Below, piece by piece: positions 11,516 to 21,788 of a stretch of DNA of 64,000 nucleotides. Made by a program: the position numbers and the translations under genes. This DNA is from an uncultured Actinomycetes bacterium (GTDB lineage: Bacteria; Actinomycetota; Thermoleophilia; Gaiellales; JAICJC01): contig CAVVAA010000003.1 in NCBI GenBank assembly GCA_963746115.1, forward strand, positions 663,368 to 727,367, given 5' to 3'. Numbering within the stretch: position 1 is the stretch's first letter; each line of letters opens with the position of its first letter. The notes under the pieces were generated by a model. The model worked only from the letters and a program-made list of their open reading frames with translations. It did not search any database and was not told the origin of the DNA.

Positions 11516-12775
11516 CTACCGGTAGACCCCGTTGTGGCCCAGGCTGTGGTTGCCGGGCTGCGGGAAGTACGCCAGGCCATGGGGGCTGCTTCCGACGACG
11601 ATCGTGTGGATCAGCCGCCCGGTGCGGGTGTCGATGACCGAGATGGTGCCGTTGAAGCGGTTCGACGCCCACAGCTGTGCGCCGTCGGGTGAGACCTGGA
11701 GCATGTCCGGGCTCCCGCCCACCCGCCAGGTGGCGACCACGCGGCGGCGGGCGAAGCTGATCACCGAGATCGTGCCGGCGAGCCGGTTGGCGACGTAGAG
11801 ATCGCGCGTGTTGCGGCTGATGGCGAGGCCGTGGGCGCCGTAGCCGGTGGGGATGAACCCGACGATCCGCAGCGTGCGTGCCGAGATCATCGTGACGCCC
11901 GCGCGCGGCCCCTGGTTCGCGACGTAGAACACGGCCCCGTCGGGCGAGATCTTGATGTCGACCGGCAGCCCGCCGACGGCGACACGGCCGGTGACGCGCA
12001 TCGTCCGCGTGTCCACCCGGTAGACCGCGCCGCCGAACTCACAGCTGATCAGGAACGCGTGCCCGTCGGCCGTGAAGTCGAGGTGGTCCGGACCCGGTGA
12101 CGGGATGGGAACGCTCTTGATCAGCCGCCACGTGTGCGGGTTGCGGAAGTCGACGCGCTGGAGGCCCTCGGCGACGACGATTGCCTTCGAGCCGTCCGGG
12201 GTGAAGTAGAGGTTGTACGGATCGGCGACCGGGATCGTGCGGATCGGCCGGCCCGTTCGCGGGCTCAGCACCGTCAGGGTGTTGCTGGTCGTGTTGTTCA
12301 CGTAGAGGCGGCGCAGGTTCCAGCTCGGCGTGATGTGCTGGTCGTAGCTGCCGGTGGGAAACGTCCGCACCACGGTGAAGGTGGCCGGGTCGATCTCGGT
12401 GACGGTGCCGGATTCGCTGTCCGGGACGTACACCCGCTCCGGCACCCTGCGGACGGCCGGGTTGAGATGGCCGGGGAGGATCCCCGCATAGACGTTGCGG
12501 GGCCGGGCCGGGTGGTCGATATGCCCGGGAGCGGGGGAGGCGGCGCCGGTCGATGCCGGCAGCTTCGGCGGGGGAGGCGGCACGGGGTTGTGCGGCGTCG
12601 TGGCCGCGGTGTCGGCGTCGTCCCCCAGCCCCAGCTCCGGCGCCAGGGCTCCGAGAGCCGCCGCGACCGGCAGCAGCGCGAGCACTCCGAGGATCTGGCG
12701 GCGGCGTCTCAGCCGGCGCCGCGCGCGCTCCCTCCGATCCGAGTTCCGGTCGCGCCGACCGTCCACGCTGCCCAC
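11516..12775 (-). CDS. YncE/YVTN beta-propeller repeat protein
   Basis: N-terminal TM segment, Pro-rich linker, and repeats such as SPDGAVFYVAN, LYVANRLAGTISVI and SPDGAQLWASNRFNGTISVIDT. Confidence 0.85.
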   Translation of the reverse strand: MGSVDGRRDRNSDRRERARRRLRRRRQILGVLALLPVAAALGALAPELGLGDDADTAATTPHNPVPPPPPKLPASTGAASPAPGHIDHPARPRNVYAGILPGHLNPAVRRVPERVYVPDSESGTVTEIDPATFTVVRTFPTGSYDQHITPSWNLRRLYVNNTTSNTLTVLSPRTGRPIRTIPVADPYNLYFTPDGSKAIVVAEGLQRVDFRNPHTWRLIKSVPIPSPGPDHLDFTADGHAFLISCEFGGAVYRVDTRTMRVTGRVAVGGLPVDIKISPDGAVFYVANQGPRAGVTMISARTLRIVGFIPTGYGAHGLAISRNTRDLYVANRLAGTISVISFARRRVVATWRVGGSPDMLQVSPDGAQLWASNRFNGTISVIDTRTGRLIHTIVVGSSPHGLAYFPQPGNHSLGHNGVYR

Positions 12776-12790
12776 ACTATCGCGCAGCGA

Positions 12791-13687
12791 TCAGAACGGC
12801 ACCGGAGTCGCCGACCTGGCACTTCCCAGCCGGGGCAGTCCGAAGGCGGCCTCGACGCCGGCGAGCGCGCTGTAGTGATCCATCAGCGCGTTGTCGCGGG
12901 CCGGGTCGATGGCCTTGCCGGCCAGGACGGCGTACACGTGCCCGCCGCCGTGCGTCGTGTCCGGGTTCCCGGTGTCGTAGGTGATGAACACCTCGGCCCC
13001 CTGGGCAAGCCACGCGGGCACGTGCGCCGCGAGCCACGCGTCCCCCGTCGAGGCCGGGCAGTCGTGGTCGTCGTTGCAGGTGTTCGGCGTGACCCACAGG
13101 AACTGCGGCACGACCCGCGGCTCCACCCCCGAGACGTTGTCGCACAGCCGCGTCTGGGTCACGTCCGCGAACAGCAGCGGGGCCACGTGACGCATCGCGT
13201 ACAGGTTCGCCGTCGGCTCCAGAGAGCAATGCCCCGGTCCTCCGGGGTAGTTCTCGGCCCAGGCCCTCCAGTCGATCGAGCTTGCCGACAGCTGGTGGAA
13301 CAGGCTCTCGCCCGCGATCGACGGCAGCGGGTCGTCGATGCCCGCCTGGCCGAATGTGCTGCCGCCGCCGAACGCCAGGTAGTTCGGCCTGGAGGGGTAC
13401 GCGACGCCGTAGAACCGGGTGAAGAGGATCCCCTGGCGCGCGAGTTCCGTCTCGTAGGGACAGCACGGGTTGCCCTCGATTGCGCCGTAGCCATGGTTCT
13501 CCATGTAGATCACCACGATGCGCTTGCCGCCCGAGGGGGCGGGGCCCGTCGGCACCACCGGCGTGGTCGTGGTCCGAGACGTCGAGGAGCTCGGCGCCGG
13601 CGGCGCGCCGGTCGCACCGCCGCCCCCGCCGCAGGCACCCGAACCGGCCACCACCGCAACCAGCACGGCCAACGGGACGACGCGCAT
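12791..13687 (-). CDS. phosphoesterase (acid phosphatase/phospholipase C family) lipoprotein
   Basis: Lipobox-like GSGAC, IVVIYMENH, PSRPNYLA, TPNTCNDDHD and ITYD. Confidence 0.85.
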   Translation of the reverse strand: MRVVPLAVLVAVVAGSGACGGGGGATGAPPAPSSSTSRTTTTPVVPTGPAPSGGKRIVVIYMENHGYGAIEGNPCCPYETELARQGILFTRFYGVAYPSRPNYLAFGGGSTFGQAGIDDPLPSIAGESLFHQLSASSIDWRAWAENYPGGPGHCSLEPTANLYAMRHVAPLLFADVTQTRLCDNVSGVEPRVVPQFLWVTPNTCNDDHDCPASTGDAWLAAHVPAWLAQGAEVFITYDTGNPDTTHGGGHVYAVLAGKAIDPARDNALMDHYSALAGVEAAFGLPRLGSARSATPVPF

Positions 13688-13756
13688 GCGGGAAGGATCG
13701 CAGGCGACGATTGGCCGGCCGTCCAGGCGCCAACGAGCCGCCAATCTGCTCTGGCC

Positions 13757-14479
13757 TCAGGATCCGGGCGGATGCACCATCCGAACGAGGGTCGCGACCT
13801 CCGGCGGCCCTTGCGCGGCCGTCTCCTTGACGACGCCGACGCCGGGGACGTAGAACTTCTCGTCGATCACGCTGGGCTCGAGCCGCGACCATTCCACCGT
13901 GCGGGCGGCCTGGGTGAACGTCCCGGCGGGGACGTGCAGGCGCTGCCGCAGGGCCACCAGCCAGTACTGATCCTCGGCGTGCCCGGGCCAGTACTCCTGG
14001 CGGTGGGCGTCGCCGACGCGGGGATGGGCCGTCATCACGATTCCGGGCCTCGCCCCGTGGACGCCGGCCAGCCACGATCCCGACCGGTCGACCCCACCGC
14101 CGGTGCCGTACGCCGCGGTGGCCTCACCGAAGTACCACACGTTGCCGACCCGATCCTGCGCATACCAGTCGGTCGTGCGCTCGAGCGTGCGGGCGCCGTG
14201 GGTGGCGACGTCGGTGATCGCGGTGCAGCGCACACCCCTGATCAGCCTCGTGCGGTGCGTGACCCGGACAACGTCCTTCTGGCTGACGCCGTCCTTGATC
14301 CCCCGATAGACCCAGACGGTGCCGGGGCGGTAGGGCAGGTAGGGATTCGTGATCTCGCGGACGAAGCGTGTCGTCCCTGCGGCCGGCGAGGCGTGGCCCG
14401 ACCGTGCCGCGGCGGCGGTGGCGGCGAGGCCGCCCGCAACCAGGGCTCCGGCGAGCAGGATGCCGAGACGGTGCGTCAT
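13757..14479 (-). CDS. secreted hypothetical protein
   Basis: GAAGGGGG RBS, signal peptide, ITNPYLPYRPGTVWVY, DWYAQDRVGNVWYFGE and KFYVPGVGVV. Confidence 0.8.
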   Translation of the reverse strand: MTHRLGILLAGALVAGGLAATAAAARSGHASPAAGTTRFVREITNPYLPYRPGTVWVYRGIKDGVSQKDVVRVTHRTRLIRGVRCTAITDVATHGARTLERTTDWYAQDRVGNVWYFGEATAAYGTGGGVDRSGSWLAGVHGARPGIVMTAHPRVGDAHRQEYWPGHAEDQYWLVALRQRLHVPAGTFTQAARTVEWSRLEPSVIDEKFYVPGVGVVKETAAQGPPEVATLVRMVHPPGS

Positions 14480-14535
14480 GGTTCCCCCTTCGATTGGTCG
14501 AGATCCCAGGACGCGGTCGAGCGTAGAGCGGCCAC

Positions 14536-14553
14536 GATGAAGGCCTGATGAAG
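14536..14553 (-). promoter_or_regulatory. OmpR-family direct-repeat box (CTTCATC-N4-CTTCATC)
   Basis: GATGAAG at 14536 and at 14547 (11-bp period), with a TACGCT -10 element downstream on the minus strand; lies between the secreted-protein gene and a divergent response regulator. Confidence 0.55.
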
Positions 14554-14620
14554 ATCGGCCCGCGGGTTCTGGGCCGGCCCACCGGGGCTGGGTACGATGG
14601 GCCACAGGGAGGTGGTCTTG

Positions 14621-15154
14621 GTGCGACTCCTCGTCGTCGAGGACGCCACGAAGCTGCTCGGGATCCTCGTGCGTGAGCTCCGCGGCGCCGGCTACGCGGT
14701 CGACGGCGTCGGCACCGGCGAGCACGCGCTCGCGCTCGCGGCGGAGAGGCCGTATGACGCCGTCGTGCTCGACCTGCGCCTCCCCGACGTCGACGGGTTC
14801 GAGGTCTGTCACAGGCTGCGCGGCTCGGGCTGCTGGGCGCCGATCCTCATGCTGACGGCGCGCGACGCCGTCGATGACCGGGTGCGCGGGCTCGATGCGG
14901 GCGCGGACGACTACCTCACCAAGCCGTTCGCGTTCCCCGAGCTGCTCGCCCGGGTCCGCGCGCTCGTGCGCCGTCGCCCGGCCGAGCGCCCGGCGATCCT
15001 GAGCGTCGGCGACATCCAGCTCGATCCGGCCGCCCGGACCGTGACCCGCGCCGGGGCGGCGATCGACCTGACGGCGACGGAGTTCGCGCTGCTCGAATAC
15101 CTGATGTGCAACGCCGGCGTCGCGCTCAGGCGGCGCCGGATCATCCGAATCTGA
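14621..15154 (+). pseudogene. OmpR-family response regulator truncated inside the winged-helix domain
   Basis: Intact receiver (LLVVED, VLDLRLPD, LMLTARD, DDYLTKPF) but ends at ..EYLMCNAGVALRRRRIIRI*. It lacks the recognition helix and wing, and no kinase follows. Confidence 0.7.
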
Positions 15155-15161
15155 CGCCCCA

Positions 15162-15572
15162 CTAACCCTGCGCGGGCACGAGCACCGTCGCCTCGCCGTC
15201 GACGACGAGCGTCTCGCCGACCCACGCCCGGGTCGAGAGCGTCGCCCGCCGCCGCGTCTCGTCCCAGGCGGTGACGGCGACCTCGCAGCGGACGTCGTCG
15301 CCCGGCCGCACCGGCGCCGTGAAGCGCAGCCGCTGGCCGAGGTAGATCGTCCCGGGCCCCGGCAGCTCGCCTGCGAGCAGGGCGGAGAAGAACGCCGCCG
15401 TCAGCATCCCGTGCGCCACCCGGCCGCCGAACGGCGTGGTGGCGGCGTAGGCGTCGTCGAGATGGACCGGGTTGCGGTCGCCCGACACGGCGGCGAACGC
15501 CTGGATGGCGGCATCGTCGACGTGGTACGTCCGCTCGGCGCGGCGGCCGACCGTGGGATCGCCGCCGGCCAC
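15162..15572 (-). CDS. MaoC family (R)-hydratase
   Basis: FAAVSGDRNPVHLD, AHGMLT and LPGPGTIYLGQRLRFTAPV. Confidence 0.9.
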   Translation of the reverse strand: MAGGDPTVGRRAERTYHVDDAAIQAFAAVSGDRNPVHLDDAYAATTPFGGRVAHGMLTAAFFSALLAGELPGPGTIYLGQRLRFTAPVRPGDDVRCEVAVTAWDETRRRATLSTRAWVGETLVVDGEATVLVPAQG

Positions 15573-15574
15573 GG

Positions 15575-16435
15575 TCAGCCGAGCTGCTCCGCGAGGAAGC
15601 CCAGCGTCCGCGCCCACGCATCCCGCGCCGCGCGCACACGGTACGACGGGCGGGTGTCGTTGAAGAACGCGTGCGGGGCGCCCGGGTACACGTGGTGGTC
15701 GAACGACTTTCCGGCGGCGGCCATCGCCTCGGCGAAGGCGGGCACGGCGTCGGTGACGCCATGGTCCTTGCCGCCGTAGATGCCGAGCATCGGAGAGGAG
15801 ATCGCGCCGGCTCGATCCGCCGGCGGCGGGGTGCCGTAGTAGACGACCGTCGCCCGCACGGCCCCGTCGTCGCACGCGAGCAGGCCACCCAGGCCGCCGC
15901 CGAGGCAGAACCCGACCGTCCCGATCTGTCCGTTGCAGTCGGGGTGGTCGCGCAGGTGGGCGACAGCGCCGCGCAGATCGTCGACGAAGCGGCCGGGCTC
16001 CCGCATGCCGGCGAAGACGGCCTGGCGTGACTCCTCGATCCGGCCGCGCTCGGTCTCCGGCATCGCCGCGAGCCCGCGCTCGCGCTCGTCCCGGTCGCCC
16101 AGCCCGCCCGGCGGGAGCGTGTCGGTGAACCGCTTGAGCGCGTCGATCCGGTCGGGCGCGAGCTCCGCCGGGCGACTGCCACCGTGCGAGTAGAGGTCGG
16201 GCACGAACGCCAGGTAGCCGGCCGACGCGATCCGGCCGGCCACGTCGCGGATGTGCGCGTCCGGTCCCCAGGCCTCGTGGATCACGATGACGGCCGGAAG
16301 CGCGCCGCGGGCGGCCGCCGGACGCACCATCATCGCCGGGACGGAACCGCCGTTGCCGTTGCGCGTATAGCTCGTGTGCGAGATGGAGTGCTCGACGACT
16401 TCCCCCCTGAGTCGTGTGCCGAACCCGGGCAGCAT
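15575..16435 (-). CDS. dienelactone hydrolase family protein (start uncertain)
   Basis: VIVIHEAWG, nucleophile motif GFCLGG, GGKD and YPGAPHAFFND. Confidence 0.9.
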   Translation of the reverse strand: MLPGFGTRLRGEVVEHSISHTSYTRNGNGGSVPAMMVRPAAARGALPAVIVIHEAWGPDAHIRDVAGRIASAGYLAFVPDLYSHGGSRPAELAPDRIDALKRFTDTLPPGGLGDRDERERGLAAMPETERGRIEESRQAVFAGMREPGRFVDDLRGAVAHLRDHPDCNGQIGTVGFCLGGGLGGLLACDDGAVRATVVYYGTPPPADRAGAISSPMLGIYGGKDHGVTDAVPAFAEAMAAAGKSFDHHVYPGAPHAFFNDTRPSYRVRAARDAWARTLGFLAEQLG

Positions 16436-16444
16436 AGCAGCGAA

Positions 16445-16463
16445 TGCTTGCATGCAGCAAGCA
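16445..16463. promoter_or_regulatory. MarR-type operator TGCTTGC-N5-GCAAGCA
   Basis: Perfect 7-bp inverted repeat between the divergent DLH and marR genes; TACGTT -10 at 16471-16476 suggests leaderless marR. Confidence 0.6.
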
Positions 16464-16482
16464 ACTTTGCTACGTTGAGAAC

Positions 16483-16962
16483 GTGGCCGCCGTCGACAAC
16501 TCCGCCCAGCGCGACGACCTCGCCCGGATCGGTGAGGCCCTCGCCGGCGTCTTCCGGGCCGGGCATGCGGCACGGCTGCACGAGCGCGTTGCCGAGGAGG
16601 CCGGCGTCGCCGTCGACCGCACCGGCTTCGTCCTGCTCGCCAAGGCGATGCGCGAGCCGGCCCGGATCTCGCAGCTCGCCGACCGGATCGGGCTCGACGT
16701 CTCGACGACGAGCCGCAAGGTGGCCGAGCTCGAGGCGGCCGGGCTCGTCGTCCGCACGCACGACCCGGGCGACCGCCGGGCCGCGGTCGTCTCGACCACG
16801 AAGCGGGGCGACGACCTCGTCGCCCGCGTCCGCGAGGCGCGCAACCGCGCGTTCGGGCAGATGCTGTCGGGATGGGACGCGGCCGACCGGGCTCGCCTGG
16901 CCGACCTGCTCGAGCGGCTCGTGGAGGACATCGAACGGCAGGGAGGATTGAGTGGCGGCTGA
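16483..16962 (+). CDS. MarR family transcriptional regulator
   Basis: ISQLADRIGLDVSTTSRKVAELEAAGLV and DPGDRRA. Confidence 0.9.
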   Translation: MAAVDNSAQRDDLARIGEALAGVFRAGHAARLHERVAEEAGVAVDRTGFVLLAKAMREPARISQLADRIGLDVSTTSRKVAELEAAGLVVRTHDPGDRRAAVVSTTKRGDDLVARVREARNRAFGQMLSGWDAADRARLADLLERLVEDIERQGGLSGG

Positions 16963-18557
16963 GCACGTGGCCGGGCAGGGGCAACCGAGGATCTACACCC
17001 ACCGCCAGATCATGATCATCCTGGGCGGGCTCATGCTGGGCATGCTGCTCGCGGCCCTCGACCAGACGATCGTCGCGACGGCGCTTCCGACGATCGTCGG
17101 CGACCTCGGCGGCCTGAACCACCTGTCGTGGGTGGTCACGTCCTACCTGGTGGCGTCGACGGTGACGACGCCGCTCTACGGCAAGATCAGCGACCTCTAC
17201 GGCCGCAAGAAGGTGTTCCAGTTCGCGATCGTGGTGTTCCTGATCGGGTCGGCGCTCGCGGGCCTGTCCCAGAACATGACCGAGCTGATCGCCTTCCGCG
17301 GCCTGCAGGGCGTCGGCGCCGGCGGGCTGATGACGCTCGCGATGACGATCATCGGCGACATCGTCCCGCCCCGCGAGCGCGGCCGCTACCAGGGCTACAT
17401 GGGGGCCGTGTTCGCCCTCGCGAGCGTGATCGGCCCGCTCTTGGGCGGGTTCTTCGTCGACCAGCTCTCGTGGCGCTGGGTGTTCTACGTCAACCTGCCC
17501 GTCGGCGCCGTGGCGCTCGTCGTCACGAGCGCGGTGCTCGACCTACCCCACCGGCGCATCTCCCACAGCATCGACTACCTGGGCACCGCGCTGCTCGTCG
17601 GCGAGCGTCGGATCGATCCTCCTGGCCGTCACCTGGGGCGGCACGCAGTACGCGTGGGGCTCGTCGACCATCATCACCCTCGCGATCGTCGGCGCCGCCC
17701 TGCTGGCCGCCTTCATCGCCGTCGAACGGCGCGTGGCCGAGCCCGTCCTGCCGCCGTATCTGTTCCGCAACCGCGTGTTCACGGTGGCGACGGCGGTCAT
17801 GTTCATCGTCGGCCTGGCGATGTTCGGCGGCATCATCTACCTGCCGCTCTTCCTGCAGGTGGTGACCGGCCGCAGCGCCACCAACGCCGGCCTGCTGCTC
17901 CTCCCGCTGATCCTGGGGATCATGTTCACGGCCATCCTGTCCGGCCGCGTGATCAGCCGCACCGGGCGCTACAAGGCGTTCCCCGTGGCGGGGATGCTCG
18001 TCATGGCGGCGGGCATGTACCTGCTCTCCACGATGGGGCCGACGACGACGACGCTCGAGACCTCGGCGTACATGGTCGTTCTCGGCCTTGGCCTCGGGAT
18101 GGTCATGCAGGTGCTCGTCCTCGCCGTCCAGAACGCGGTCGACCACCGCGACCTGGGCACGGCGACGGGCGCGGCCACCTTCCTGCGCTCGATGGGCGGG
18201 TCGTTCGGCGTCGCCCTGTTCGGGGCGGTGCTCTCGAACCGTTTGGCCACGAACCTGGCCGACCTCCTGCCGGGCGGGCGCCTGCCCCCGGGCGTCTCGC
18301 CGGACACGCTCAAGGGCAGCCCGGCGGCCATCCTCAGCCTGCCCGACGCGGTGCGCGGGCCGGTGATCGAGGCGTTCGCGCGCTCGATCGACACGGTGTT
18401 CCTCGCCGGCGTGCCGATCGCACTCATCGGCTTTGCGATCTCGCTGCTCCTGCGCGAGGAGCCCCTGCGCACGACCGGTGTTGGTCCCGAGGCGGTCATG
18501 GAGGTCGCCGCGATGGACGTCCAGCCTGCGGAAGAGCGGGTCAGCAGCCCGAGCTGA
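16952..18557 (+). CDS. DHA2 (EmrB/QacA) MFS efflux transporter (frameshift near 17605)
   Basis: LAALDQTIVATALP, GKISDLYGRK, RGLQGVGAGG and WRWVFYVNLP; continues in ORF 17733-18557. Confidence 0.9.
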
Positions 18558-19413
18558 CCCGGGAAACCGGAGGGCCGACCGGGATGTGGTAGCGGCGCAG
18601 CAGCGCGCGCAGGCGGGCGCGGTAGACGGCCATGTCGGCCGGCTGCCAGTCGGCGTGGGTCTGGCAGCGCCAGGACGAATAGCGCTCGTGGTGGTAGGGC
18701 GACGTCAGGCTCTCGGCGTGGCCGATCACGTCGCCGAGGGGGATGTGGTAGCGCTGCATCAGCCACGCGGTGAGGTGCAGCGACGCCCGCATCTGAGCCG
18801 GGTCGGCGAGGATCTCGGCGTCTGACATACCGACGTGCTCGATCCCGAGCGCGGTCAGGTTCAGGCCGACGGTGTGGCGGCAGATGACGTCGAGCGGCAC
18901 GAGCTGGTAGATGGTGCCGTCGCGGTCGACGATGAAGTGCGCGCACGTGCCGGGGAGCTCGTGCAGCTCGGAGTCGGGCACGTCCTGCGCGAACGTCGAC
19001 CAGGCCGACATCATGGTGGTCGACTCGGTGTAGTGCTCGACGATCACGTGCGGGCCGCGGATGTGCCACGTGTCGACGCCGTAGTGGCGCTTCGCGTAGG
19101 CGGCCGTCTCGGCCAGGCGCTGGGCCGAGAAGGGGATCGGCTTCCAGACGATGTGGGGCCGCGGCAGGCGCGGTGGCGGGGGAGGCGGCGCGGAGGTCGT
19201 CGCGGTGGTCGAAGACGTCGGCACCTGGACGAGAACGCTCGTCGAATGTGTGGTCGGATGCGGGCTGTGCGTGTGCCGCGACCCTGCCGAGACCGGCGGT
19301 CCGGCCGCCGATCCGCCCGAGCGCGAGACCGCATATGCCGCCGCCGCGCCGGCGAGCGCCAGCACGACCAGGATCGCTCCGGCTGCCCAGCGGCGTGCGC
19401 GAGAGGGGTGCAC
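18541..19413 (-). CDS. N-acetylmuramoyl-L-alanine amidase (Amidase_2/PGRP-like)
   Basis: TM anchor, Thr/Pro linker, [30 protein letters not shown] and IGHAES. Confidence 0.85.
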   Translation of the reverse strand: MHPSRARRWAAGAILVVLALAGAAAAYAVSRSGGSAAGPPVSAGSRHTHSPHPTTHSTSVLVQVPTSSTTATTSAPPPPPPRLPRPHIVWKPIPFSAQRLAETAAYAKRHYGVDTWHIRGPHVIVEHYTESTTMMSAWSTFAQDVPDSELHELPGTCAHFIVDRDGTIYQLVPLDVICRHTVGLNLTALGIEHVGMSDAEILADPAQMRASLHLTAWLMQRYHIPLGDVIGHAESLTSPYHHERYSSWRCQTHADWQPADMAVYRARLRALLRRYHIPVGPPVSRVSSGC

Positions 19414-19489
19414 GGCGGAAGCGTATTGCGGATTGGGCCGCTTGCAGGGAATTTACGTCCGTCTTAGGATGCCCGCAGATACTTTGGCT

Positions 19490-20164
19490 GTGGAAGTCCT
19501 GATAGTCGATGACGAGCCCGCGGTGGTCGATGCGCTCGACCGTGCCCTGGTGCAGGAGGGCTACAGCGTGGCCTCCGCCGGGGACGGCCGCGCCGCCCTC
19601 GACCGCGTCGCCACGGCGCCGCCGGACGCCGTCATCCTCGACGTGAGCATGCCGCAGATGAGTGGCCTCGAGGTGTGCCGGCGGCTGCGCGCCAACGGCG
19701 ATCGCACCCCCGTGCTGATGCTGACGGCGCGCGACGAGGTGACCGACCGCGTCGCCGGCCTCGACGCCGGTGCCGACGACTACCTATCGAAGCCGTTCGC
19801 GCTCGAGGAGCTGCTCGCGCGGCTGCGGGCGCTGCTGCGGCGGACGGGCACGGGCGACGGCCAGGGCGTGCTGCGCTTCGCCGACCTGAGCATCGACCCG
19901 AACACGTACGAGGCCCGCCGCGGCGACCGCGTCATCGAGACGACCCGCACCGAGTACGCCCTGCTCGAGCTCCTGATGCAGCACCCCCGCCAGGTGCTCA
20001 CGCGCGCGACGATCTTCGAGCGGGTGTGGGGCTACGACTTCGGCTACGCCTCGAACTCCCTCGACGTCTACATCGGCTACCTGCGCCGCAAGACCGAGGC
20101 GGGCGGGGAGCCGCGGCTGATCCACACGAAGCGGGGGATCGGGTACGTGCTGCGAGAGCCGTGA
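19490..20164 (+). CDS. OmpR-family response regulator, MprA-like
   Basis: [63 protein letters not shown] -10 at 19480-19485 suggests a leaderless start. Confidence 0.9.
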   Translation: MEVLIVDDEPAVVDALDRALVQEGYSVASAGDGRAALDRVATAPPDAVILDVSMPQMSGLEVCRRLRANGDRTPVLMLTARDEVTDRVAGLDAGADDYLSKPFALEELLARLRALLRRTGTGDGQGVLRFADLSIDPNTYEARRGDRVIETTRTEYALLELLMQHPRQVLTRATIFERVWGYDFGYASNSLDVYIGYLRRKTEAGGEPRLIHTKRGIGYVLREP

Positions 20165-21518
20165 GCTTCCGCCTGCGACTGACGCTGTCCGTCGCGGCCG
20201 CCGTCGCGCTGGCCGTCGCCGTTGCGTGCGCGATCGCCGTACATCGTCGTCGGACGGCAGCTGTACGGACAGGTCGACTCGAGCCTGCGCGACGAGGCGG
20301 CGGTCGCAGTTCGCGGACGACCCCGCTCGGGTTCCGCGCCCGTCCGGGCGCTTCTCGAGCTCCGACAACTACTACTGCAGGTCGTCACGCGCGGACGGCA
20401 CGAATCGGCGCAGCCGCCGCCATTCGCGGGGGCGCGCTCCCGATCACCCAGGCCGCGCTCGATGCCGCGCGCAGCTCGCGACGTCGCTCGAGTTGACCGA
20501 CGATGACCGTGCAGGGCGTGCACCTGCGCGTGGCCACGTTCTCGGTCGGCCCCGGGCTTCTCGCTCCAGATCGCCCGCCGCCTCAGCGATGCGCGACGTC
20601 GTCCTCTCGCAGCTGCGCATCTGGTTCCTGCTGGTCGCCGCCGGCGGCGTCGCGCTGGCCGCGCTGCTGGGAGCGTTCGTCGCCCGCGAGGCGCTGCGGC
20701 CGGTGCGGCGGCTGACCGACACGGCCGAGCACGTCGCCGAGACGCACGACCTGACGCAGCGCATCGACGTGTCCGGGCACGATGAGCTCAGCCGGCTTGC
20801 GACCAGCTTCAACACCATGCTGGCGGCGCTCGAGCAGGCGGTCGCCGCCCAGCGTCAGCTCGTCGCCGACGCCTCGCACGAGCTGCGCACCCCGCTCACC
20901 AGCCTGCGCACGAACTTCGAGGTGCTGATGCGGCCGGCGCCGCTGCCCGAGGAGAGCCGCCGCAAGCTCGAGCAGGACGTCCACCGCCAGTTCGACGAGC
21001 TCGCCGCCCTGGTCGGCGACATCGTCGAGCTCGCCCGCGACGGCCAGTCGCCCGGCGAGGAGGACGACGTCCGCCTCGACGTCCTTGTGGCAGAGGCGGT
21101 GGAGCGGGCCGAGCGCAACGCCCACGGCGTCGGCTTCCGGCTCACGTCCCGGCCAACGCTTGTGCGCGGCGTCCCGGCCCGGCTCGATCGGGCGGTGCGC
21201 AACCTGCTCGACAACGCCGCCAAGTGGAGCCCGCGCGGCGAGGTGGTCGAGGTCGAGGTCGGCGAGGGCACGGTCAGCGTGCGCGACCACGGCCCGGGCA
21301 TCGCCGATGCCGACCTGCCGTTCATCTTCGACCGCTTCTATCGCGCGGCCGAGGCGCGCGGCAGGCCGGGCTCGGGGCTAGGACTGGCGATCGTCCGTCA
21401 GGTGGCCGAGGCGCACGGCGGCCACGTGATGGTCGAGGCACCTGCGGACGGCGGCAGCCGCTTCGTGCTCGCCGTGCCGCCGCTGCCCGTCCCGAGCGAG
21501 GATCTGGTCGACGTCTGA
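20161..21518 (+). CDS. HAMP-domain sensor histidine kinase, MprB-like (frameshifted at 5' end)
   Basis: [40 protein letters not shown] and GSGLGLAIV; GTGA overlap with the regulator. Confidence 0.9.
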
Positions 21519-21543
21519 GCGGCCGGCGCAGATCTCGACAAAC

Positions 21544-21571
21544 CCTTAGCCTGCACTCAGATTGTTCTTAG
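21544..21571 (+). promoter_or_regulatory. triple MprA-type box CCTTAG-N5-ACTCAG-N5-TCTTAG
   Basis: Three hexamers at exact 11-bp period just after the kinase stop; resembles the mycobacterial MprA site (TCTCAG-like repeats, 5-bp spacer). Confidence 0.65.
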
Positions 21572-21594
21572 ACGGGCGGTGTTCAATAGACACC

Positions 21595-21755
21595 TCGAAG
21601 CCCGCGCGACCTCCTCGGAGACGCCCGGGCGCCCACGAGCCGGCTACCGGAGGGACATGCCGGCCGCAAGGCGCCCGGAGCATCAACGGTCGCGTTGGTG
21701 GGCGGTACCCCCGCCCGGTCTACGGGTTACCCCTCCTCGTAGCCGGGCGGGAGAT
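21595..21755 (+). ncRNA. candidate structured small RNA
   Basis: Nested helices 21605-11/21688-94, 21625-33/21670-78 and 21639-44/21659-64, then a strong 3' hairpin 21710-21751 with a C-rich loop. No convincing CDS, and the next gene is convergent. Confidence 0.45.
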
Positions 21756-21788
21756 CCGCCGGGCTGAATCCACGGGGCCAGACGCCGT

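Noticed and set aside
21761-21780. GCTGAATCC resembling the start of a c-di-AMP (ydaO) riboswitch
   Set aside because: The rest of the aptamer is missing, and the sequence runs straight into the 3' end of a convergent gene.
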